DNA from: Octopus vulgaris
Lineage: Eukaryota
Assembly: GCA_951406725.2 (NCBI GenBank)
Contig: OX597827.1
Location: forward strand, 13,950,001 to 14,014,000
Direction: 5' to 3'
DNA length: 64,000 bases
The position numbers and the translations under genes are program-made. Below, one piece after another: positions 54,329 to 64,000 of this stretch (the first letter of the stretch is position 1; every line of letters starts with the position of its first letter). Below the pieces are notes generated by a model. It saw only the letters and a list, made by a program, of their open reading frames with translations. It searched no databases and was not told the DNA's origin.

Positions 54329-54591
54329 CCATCATCACCATCATCATCGTCAATCTGTCTCCATTATTCATGGTGTTATAGGTTGGACAGTTCAACACGA
54401 TGCAATAAGCTGGAGGACCTTGTCTTGCTCCAGTGTCTCAGTCTTCACATAGTTTCTATGACTAGATGACTTTCCTCATGCCAACCACATAAGAGAGTGT
54501 TGTGGGTGTCTTTTTGTATAGCACCAGGATTAGTGAAGTCATCATGTGACTCACAAGATTAAAGATCCCCCACAATGAGTGTAAGTATAGT

Positions 54592-55498
54592 AAAGAGATG
54601 CTGAGAGGTTTAAGTTTGATAAGAAGGACAAGATGCTGGGAGATTAAAGTTTGATAGGAGGGACAAGATGCTGGGATGTTAAAGTTTGATAGGAGACAAA
54701 GGATTCTGGGAGATTAAAGTTTGATAGGAGGGACAGGATGCTGGGATGTTAAATTTTGATATGAGGGACAGGATGCTGAGAGATTAAAGTTTGATAGGAG
54801 GGACAGGATGCTGGGAGATTAAAGTTTGATATGAGGGACAGGATGCTGGGAGATTAAAGTTTGATAGGAGGGACAGGATGCTGGGATGTTAAATTTTGAT
54901 AGGAGGGACAGGATGCTGGGAGATTAAAGTTTGATATGAGGGACAGGATGCTGGGAGATTAAAGTTTGATAGGAGGGACAGGATGCTGGGATGTTAAATT
55001 TTGATAGGAGGGACAGGATGCTGGGAGATTAAAGTTTGATAGGAGGGACAGGATGCTGGGATGTTAAATTTTGATATGAGGGACAGGATGCTGGGAGATT
55101 AAAGTTTGATAGGAGGGACAGGATGCTGGGATGTTAAATTTTGATATGAGGGACAGGATGCTGAGAGATTAAAGTTTGATAGGAGGGACAGGATGCTGGG
55201 ATGTTAAATTTTGATAGGAGGGACAGGATGCTGGGAGATTAAAGTTTGATAGGAGGGACAGGATGCTGGGATGTTAAATTTTGATAGGAGGGACAGGATG
55301 CTGGGAGATTAAAGTTTGATAGGAGGGACAGGATGCTGGGATGTTAAAGTTTGATAGGAGGGACAGGATGCTGGGAGATTAAAGTTTGATAGGAGGGACA
55401 GGATGCTGGGATGTTAAAGTTTGATAGGAGGGACAAGATGCTGGGAGGTTTAAGTTTGATAGGAGGGACAAGATGCTGGGAGATTAGGAGGGACAGGA
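54592..55498. repeat. 35-bp minisatellite, about 25 copies, with largely alternating variants
   Basis: Unit ggagggacaggatgctggga(ga/tg)ttaaa(g/t)tttgata. Confidence 0.95.
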
Positions 55499-55990
55499 AT
55501 GAGCTTTTTAATGTAGAAAAGATACAATCAACCCCATATCAAATATGGGTTAGTGAAAGTTATTGAAGTGAAGCTAGAAAGAAAGATGAAGAAAGTTGCG
55601 ATCAAATGTAATAGGGTACCCTCAAGTACAAGATGTTGAACAGAAGAGAATACGAGGACAGAAGATGAAGAAGGGCAGAGGGGTAAAGTTTGCATGAATA
55701 GGGTAGTAAATGATAAATATAATTAGGAGGAATATGAGGAATATGAGAGAATGAGAGATCAATAGAAGTGGCTCAAGGGAGGGGAAATGATGACTGACAG
55801 TACAGAAAGGGCAGAATGATACGATAAATAAGAGAGGAATGAAGCACAGGGAGATGATGGGTAAAGATTGCAAGATTGTTGGTGAGATTGAGAGATCTAT
55901 AGTAATTGACATAGAGGTGGTCTAAATTATTTAAAGGTGAATATGGTGAGTAGAAAAAAATGCAAGGTATTGATCAATGGAAAATATATA

Positions 55991-56543
55991 TCTATTATAT
56001 AAAATATGTTCTGTCTGTCTGTGTGTGTGTCCTCTAGGATCTCGAGCATCCTCCATCCGATTGCGCTCAAATTTGATATGTAGATACCGACGGTATCAGG
56101 GCATGTATAAGTCTTGAAAAAATTACAAAAATCGATTTCAGGTGAGAATGCGATCAATAAAGCCGTGGGAACGTGCATTTGTATGCACAAGTACATCAGC
56201 TGTTGTGTTCAATACTACACGTATGTGAGAAAAATGCACGTGCAGTTTGCGCAAAAAAAGCCAGCTGGCTTGAAATAATGTCACAAAATGGAGTATATTT
56301 AAGATACCAAAAAAGTAAGATGCAAAAAGAGATATTTTCTTCAAACTTGGCATGAAGGAAGGAAAGACTATTTGGTTCCTCAAGAAGTTTTTTTTTTTTG
56401 CCTTAACTTCGTTTAACAAAACCAAAAATTTTATTGAAATAAAGGCATGCTTAATTATTTTTTAATGAAAAATAAACACTGATTGCTTTTTATTCAGCAG
56501 ATATGATTCAGCACCATCCATTGGACAGGGTGCATTTTGCTCG
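55991..56543 (+). mobile_element. Non-autonomous Helitron
   Basis: 5' TC(tattatataaaa), (ctgt)n, 3' hairpin gcacc-a-tcca-t-tgga-cag-ggtgc followed by CTCG (decayed CTAG); inserted between A and T with no TSD. Confidence 0.7.
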
Positions 56544-56681
56544 TATGTATATATAAACATATCTATACACACACACACACACACATATGCATATACATAT
56601 GTATGCTATCAAATCTTTCTTTTGTAATATATGGGCTGCAACTGAGAAGTTCTCAGAATATCCAAAACAAATGATAATAAC

Positions 56682-56909
56682 AGAAGTAAATTCAGAAACA
56701 AAGTATAGTTCAATCAACAAATTCCCAGACACAAAATTTTAAACATACTTTTAAAAATATACATTTATTAATACATTTTAATAAAGATCAATAGATCTAT
56801 TGATCTGTATTAAAATGTATTAATGTGTGCGTATTTCTAAAAATATGTTTAAAATTTTGTGTCTGGAAATTTGTTGATTGACTTACACTTAGTTTCTAAA
56901 TTTACCTCT
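56682..56909. repeat. Spacer-less imperfect palindrome of about 228 bp
   Basis: Centred on atagatctat (56791-56800). Confidence 0.9.
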
Positions 56910-57216
56910 TCCCTTGTATGTATGTATGTATGTATGTATGTATGTATGTATGTATGTATGTATGTATGTATGTATGTATGTATGTATGTATGTATGTATG
57001 CATGCATATATGCATTAACAACTTTATGGTGTCACGAGAAAAGCACCCCATATACACTGCAAAGTGGTTGACATTAGGAAGGGCATCAAGTCATAGAAAA
57101 TAAACCAAATAGACACTGGAGCAGGATGCAATTCTTGGGCCCATTGGACTCTGTCCAATTCATGCCAGCATAGAACATGGACTTTAAATGATGATGATAA
57201 AGAGCAGTAGGTATAC

Positions 57217-57254
<38 letters not shown>

Positions 57255-57257
57255 TTG

Positions 57258-57772
<515 letters not shown>

Positions 57773-58392
57773 AAAAAGGGGGAGAGAGAGTGAGAAGCTT
57801 TTGTGTGCAAACAAAAAAATACAAAGTAGTCAGTATAGGGTGTAATTTTTTTCATTTATTAGAGGGCAGTTGATGACTCAGTCCATTCCAACTCAGGCCA
57901 TCAGGTCATGTTCAATCAAACAACATTGAGACTGAGAAAGCATCAATAGTTTATGCTGTTTTGTTATCAGCGTGTATTTCATGTATATGCATTCATGCAC
58001 ATGTATGTGTGTGTGTGTGTGTGTGTGCACATGTGTATGTGTACATGAGAATGCTCATCCTTTTTATTTCCTCTGAAGATCAAAAACTCTTTACAAATAT
58101 TCCTCTACATGTAGCATCATGTATAGTGTCTTTCCCTCACTGACTTACTAGACGCACACACTCACTCATACTCTGTATCTGCATACTATCACTTCTACCA
58201 CTTGGACCACTATTCTGACCCCCTGAAATAACGAACCGTGTAGTAGAGATGTTCTGTCTGCCCTTCTTTTCATCCCTACTATGTTTTATTTTCCCAAATC
58301 TTATGATTCCACCACCTCTTTTATGCCTGTTCTTAATACTGGACATTTTGCCATAAACCATTTTGGAAACAACATTATCTAAAAGTGGTTTT

Positions 58393-58830
58393 GGATCTTT
58401 TCGGTTTGAACGGCAGTTTTTTAAAATAATTTCCACGTAACTAAACACTTTTAAACTTCGTATACTGGTAGAATGTGTTTATAAAACATCTTTTTCTCTT
58501 GGCTTTATTGAGAAAATTCTATAGCTTGTAAGATAGTTATTGTTTTTTTTTCTTCAATTTCTGCAATTTCAACCAATCAATGACGTCTATTGAGGTAAAA
58601 AAACATTCTGTGCCATATGAATATGTCCCTCATTTAAGAAACAGATTGGGTTTATTTACATTTGTGAAGATAAAAAGATACCCTTCCCCCCTAACCCCTA
58701 ACCCTAACCCTAACTAACCCTAACCCTAAAACAGATTGAAATGCAATAGATTGATACTAGGGTCATAATTATGGGTGACAATTTCATATGACATTGCTAG
58801 AAAAAACTGCCGTTCAAACCGAAAAGATCC
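58393..58830. mobile_element. MITE with 29-bp TIRs and 8-bp TSD (Merlin-like) carrying (CCCTAA)n
   Basis: TIR ggatcttttcggtttgaacggcagttttt; TSD gtggtttt at 58385-58392 and 58831-58838; telomeric repeats at 58689-58729. Confidence 0.9.
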
Positions 58831-59356
58831 GTGGTTTTACTTCTGATGCAAAACTTCTCAATTTCAAATATTTATATCTAAATTAAATCACTTTTTCATA
58901 ATTTTTTTGTCAGAAGTAATTACATCATGAAGAGTATTTATTAGCCATTCAAAAGCACACAAAATCTTTAGACAAGTACATTTAAAAATTCATGTAAGAA
59001 CATTTTTGTTAAATAATATTCTGAACACCTGCTAAATGATAAACAATTTAATGTAAAGTCCAGAAACTGTTTCTGATACTCTGTAAAAATAAGACCACCT
59101 CTACATTAACAATTTGCTTACATATCTTGTATAGCACAGGTAATACATGCAGACATTTTGGGCTGCAAGCAGAAGCTATGACAAAACAGGTGTCATAAAA
59201 GTTTTAGTTAAATTTCAGAACTTCTTCCTTGTTAGACCAATTAACCCCCAGGACTACTGAATTTTCTTTTATTAAATTTCTAGAACAACTAATCCACTGG
59301 TACACTGCATCTTCACCTCACTATTTTACAAGAACTATTTGTCATCTACTGAGATA

Positions 59357-59598
59357 TACTCTTTTACTCATTTACTTGTTTCAGTCATTTGACTGTGGCC
59401 ATGCTGGAGCACCGGCTTTTGGTCGAGCAAATCGACCCCAGCACTTATTCTTTGTAAGCCTAGTACTTATTCTATCAATCTCTTTTGCCGAACCACTAAG
59501 TTACGGGGACATAAACACACCAGCATCAGTTGTCAAGCGATGTGGGGGGAACAAACACAGACACACAAACATATACACACACATACATATATATATAT
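59357..59598 (-). mobile_element. 3' half of SINE A, ending at its (TA)n tract
   Basis: Consensus match; followed by a foreign insert with a decayed hammerhead motif at 59717-59751. Confidence 0.8.
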
Positions 59599-59844
59599 AG
59601 TAGTAATAACAGAAAAGAGGAATTTTGGTTGTCCCCACGTGGTGGATTGTAATGTATAATAGAAAAATAAAAATGGAAAATACACACACTTACATGGTTA
59701 TAGTATAATTTTTAATGTATCGACCGGTTTTGCAATCTCTATTCATGATACAATGTTTAATTTGTATGAAAATATTTTTTTTCTTAAGAAGAAAATGGGT
59801 CCATGTTGTTTAAGAAAAAATATATTTTCATATATATTTTCATG

Positions 59845-60292
59845 TGTTGTAATAAGCTTGCTTCCCAACCACATGGTTCTGGGTTCAGTTCCACTGTGTG
59901 GCACCTTGGGCAAGTGTCTTCTACTATTGCTTCAGACTGATCAAAGCTTTGTGAGTGGATTTGGTAAATAGAAACTGATAGAAGCCCGTAGTATAAATAC
60001 ATACATACATATATATATACATATATATAGAAATAAATCTGTATATGCATGTATATATTTGTGTATGTGCATGTCTGTGTTTGTTCTCCAACCATTGCTT
60101 GACAACCAATGCTGGTGTGTTTATGTCCCTGTAACTTAGTGGTGCAGCAAAAGAGACTGATACAAAAAGTACTAAGCTTAGAAAGAATAAGTCCGGGAGT
60201 TGGGGACGAGTTCTTTGACTAAAACTGTTTAAGGTGGTGCTCCAGCATGGCCGCAGTCAAATGACTGAAACAAGTAAAAGAATAAAGAATAA
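59845..60292 (+). mobile_element. Older SINE family A copy
   Basis: Diverged consensus match. Confidence 0.8.
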
Positions 60293-60536
60293 ATGATATA
60301 AAAATGTAATCACTGTTTTTCATATTGAGTGCGCTATTTTCTGAATTATGAGCAACTAGCTGAATATATTGAGTCATCCCATAAATAATGCAGGGAACAG
60401 CATTCAGAGGGGTACGGAATAAAGTACCTGCATCAATTTGCTATAAAAGCAAGTAGTAATTTTACCTTAGTCTTATTCTTAGTGCAAGTTTTGAAGAGTG
60501 CAGTTTGATTTTAACAGTTATTTTTTCAAAGGTATA

Positions 60537-61790
60537 ATGGAAGTGACAAAAGAGCACATCCAGCATATTTTGCTTAATGAGTTCAATAAAGGCAACTATG
60601 CAATGGAAAGTGTGAGGAATATTAATGCAGCATATAGGGGTCAGACAATAAGTGTAACCCAGTGTCAACAGTGGTTCCAGAAATTCCCAGCCAGAAACTA
60701 CAGCCTAAAAGATGAGCCTTATCCTGGAAGAGCTGTAGAGCTTGACAAGGACATCCTGCAAACCCTGCTGGAATAAAATCCCATCATAACTGTTGAGAAG
60801 CAAGCAGAGAAGCTTGAATTTGGTCATTCAACCATACATCGACACTTGCATGCAATTGGAAAAGTCAGCAAATTGGGTCAATGTTTTCTTCACAAATTTT
60901 CCGAGTCTAATTGCATACAGAGAGTGAATGTGTGGTCTTCTTTGCTATCACGTCTCATGAATGAACTTTTTTTGAACCGAATGGTGACTGGTGACAAGAA
61001 ATGGGTTGTCTATGGTGGCAAGTTAGCAGAATTGTTAGCACACCGGGCAAAATGCTCAGCGGTATTTCGTCTGCTGTTACGTTCTGAGTTCAAATTCCAC
61101 CGAGGTCGACTCTACCATTCATCCTTTCGGGGTCGATAAATTAAGTATCAATTATACACTGGAGTTGATGTAATCAACTTAATCCCTTTGTCTGTCCTTG
61201 TTTGTCCCCTCTGTGTTTAGCCCCTTGTGGGCAATAAAGAAATAAGAAATGGGTTGTCAGGCACAAAAGACAGTGGGTAGGGAAAGGAGAAACACCAGCA
61301 CACCAGGCTAAAGAAGGTCTTCACCCACATAAGGCGTTGTTATCTGTTTGGTGGGATATGAAAGGTTTAGTCCACTTTGAGCTTTTAAACTCAAACCAAA
61401 TGATAACAACGCAGTTTTACTTTGAGCAGCTTAAGTCAGTACTAGAAGAAAGACGACCCTTTTTTGGTTTAAAGATAAAAGGTGTTCTTCCATCAGGATA
61501 ATGCTTGGCCACATACAGCGTGGATGACATTCTAAAGGCTGGAGCAGTTTGAATAGGAAATGATACCCCACCCACCATATTCACCAGACATTGCCCCATC
61601 TGATTATTATTTATTCTGCAGTCTTCAAAATCATTTGGACGGAAAACTATGAATTCTGTAGATGAGGTTAGAACAGTACAGGAGGATTTTTCATCATGGA
61701 CAAGTGAATTTTGGAAAATGGGCCTTGCATGTCTACCAGATAGATGGAATAACATTGAAGAGAATGAAGGAAAGTATATTTTTAGATTAA
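60537..61790 (+). pseudogene. Mariner transposase pseudogene
   Basis: MEVTKEHIQHILL...QWFQKF, VTGDKKW, HQDNA, YSPDIAPSDYYLF; stops, frameshifts and a SINE insertion. Confidence 0.9.
61014..61243 (+). mobile_element. SINE family B nested in the mariner
   Basis: 15-bp TSD aagaaatgggttgtc at 60996-61010 and 61244-61258. Confidence 0.9.
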
Positions 61791-62603
61791 AAAAGAACTT
61801 TGTCTTAATTTTTTTAAATAAACGAAGAATAAAAAAAGCCACATTATTTATGGATTGACCCAATATATATCAAAAAGGATCAAAGGTCTTTTCTGAGCCC
61901 TAACCTCATTTTTGCTAGGTGAGAGGACTGGAGCAATGTGAAATGAAGTGTTCTGCCCAGAATCATGATGCATTGCCTGATTTAGAAATCACAATCTTAT
62001 GATCATGTGTGTACCACCCTAACCACAAAGACATATACCACAATATATATATACATATATATATATGTATGTGTGTGTATATATATATACACACACACAC
62101 ATATATATATGCATATATGTATATACACACACACACACACATATATGTCTTGCAAACAACTTGCACATGCAAGTGCTACCAGTTAAAAGCTCCGTATACC
62201 GGAAGCTAGCAAGTGTATGGGGTCATCAGGAGAGAATGCGTGCCATTTCGGGGCCTACCTCTTGACGGTATCAATGCACACCGCCCACCCCCCTCACTGA
62301 TATGAGGCCCTGCTTGCTAGATCAGCTGGTTATGAAGAACTCAATATACTTCTACCCATCGCTCATGGTCTCTTTTTAACCAAATCCAGTGGCTAGCCTT
62401 CTCCACTGAAGATTGGATATCAGTTATGGTGGTATTGGCTTTACAATGAGTTAAGCCTATCGATAACAACATATGTATACACACATAGCACACAAACACA
62501 TACACACACATATATATGTATGTATTTATGTGTGTGTGTATGTATGTATGCATGTATGTATGTATATATGTATGTATATATATGTATGTATACACACACA
62601 CAC

Positions 62604-62650
<47 letters not shown>

Positions 62651-62668
62651 AATACATATATATAGGTA

Positions 62669-62721
<53 letters not shown>

Positions 62722-63677
62722 ACATGCATAAATACATATATATGTGTGTGTGTGTGTATATATATATATACATACATAGATACATATATATGTGTGTGTG
62801 TGTATATATATATGTATGTATTCATGTATGTGTATATATATATATATATATATACGTATGTATGTATTTATATATATATAAATGTATATACAAATACATA
62901 GGAGTGTGCATGCTTGTATATGTATTGCAGTATGCATACGAGTGTACTTTAAAAACCTCTGCTTGCATTTTTTCTCATATACATACCCACCACCCTATCA
63001 ATAGATTGGACGAAAAGGAGCAAAAATGAGTAAGCAACGAAAAAAAAAAAAACCCAAAAAAAAAACCCACGATGTATGCATCATAGCCGAGGTGGCAAGT
63101 AATCCTTACTGTTCCTCCTCCTCCTCCTCCTCCTCCTCCCGCTCCTCATCCTCCTCCACCCTTCTCTCCATTTATCTGCTTCGTCCCCTCTCCGTCGTTC
63201 CTTTGTACCACGTTTGCCACTGACATGCACAGCACAAGTTTCGTCCATGCAGTTGATTCTATAACTCTTATAAGACTATTTATAGAAACGGCCAATCGCA
63301 TTTTTATACAATATTGACTGACCAATGACTGTGTTCAAGAGTGTGATCAATAATGTTGGCACCGTACATCCCAGACTCTGTAGCATAAATTCTGACCAGT
63401 GTTATTATATTTTTCCTCTTTCGCCACAACTACCACCCGCATTTTTTTTTTTTTGGTGGCCGTTGTTGTTGTTGTTCTTCTTCTTCTTGTTGTTGTCATT
63501 TTCTCTGTTGTGTCTTTTTTTGCATTTATTTATTTATTTATTTATTTATTCATTTTTTTTGTTTTTGTTTTGTAAGAATTTGTTTGTGTTGAAAGAAAAT
63601 AGATTGCCATCACACTCGCTATGTTATTAACACTGGCACCAAATGTCTAAAATGCTTTGGTTATGATTGGATTACAT

Positions 63678-64000
63678 GCACACACACACACACACACACA
63701 CACATCCTTGCACACATGCACACACTCATGCACACATGCACACACTCATGCACACATACACACACCAGGACCCATGTACATATACACACATATGCACACA
63801 CAGAGACTCATGCACACACGCAAACAAACATACACACACAAATTCACAGATCCATGCATACATACACACACACATCCTTGCACACATACACACACCAGGA
63901 CCCATGCACACATACTCACATACGCACACACAGAAACTCATGCACACACGCAAACATACACACACACATACTCACAGATCCATGCATACACACACACACA
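63678..64000. repeat. CA-rich compound minisatellite
   Basis: Recurring catccttgcacac / ccaggacccatg / tcacagatccatgcat blocks. Confidence 0.8.

Larger units (their letters stand above)
60369..61863 (+). mobile_element. Full-length mariner (DD34D) DNA transposon, inactivated
   Basis: TIRs ttgagtcatcccataaataatg / cattatttatggattgacccaa, TA on both sides. Confidence 0.92.

Noticed and set aside
58689-58729. True telomere or chromosome-fusion scar
   Set aside because: Only about six units, in a single orientation, internal to a TIR element.
63285-63335. Promoter suggested by two CCAAT boxes
   Set aside because: Short motifs with no associated gene or transcript evidence.

Overview
AT-rich, repeat-saturated eukaryotic (animal) genomic DNA. 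The SINE repertoire and microsatellite load strongly suggest an octopod cephalopod (inference). The window looks like intergenic or long-intron sequence, and I cannot confidently call any host gene. Nearly all ORFs in the track are translations of microsatellites or SINEs. The one real long ORF (46718-48928) is a young, 5'-truncated RTE-clade LINE reverse transcriptase. It is inserted into the (TA)n tract of a SINE and carries a complete C4HC3 PHD-type zinc finger inside the RT domain. A decayed RTE endonuclease half lies at about 10.9-12.2 kb. Also present are a full-length, inactivated DD34D mariner, several tRNA-derived SINE families, many RTE 3'-tail copies with an amplifying hairpin motif, and MITEs (hAT-, piggyBac-, Ginger- and Merlin-like, the last carrying telomeric CCCTAA repeats). 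There are also a non-autonomous Helitron, satellites, long palindromes and local duplications. Reading by eye reveals a dispersed set of about 7-9 minimal type I hammerhead-ribozyme motifs with palindromic stem III (Penelope-like/retrozyme type). Most sit in short insertions in microsatellites, and one sits inside a 100-bp inverted-repeat element. Coordinates were counted by hand and element edges are approximate.
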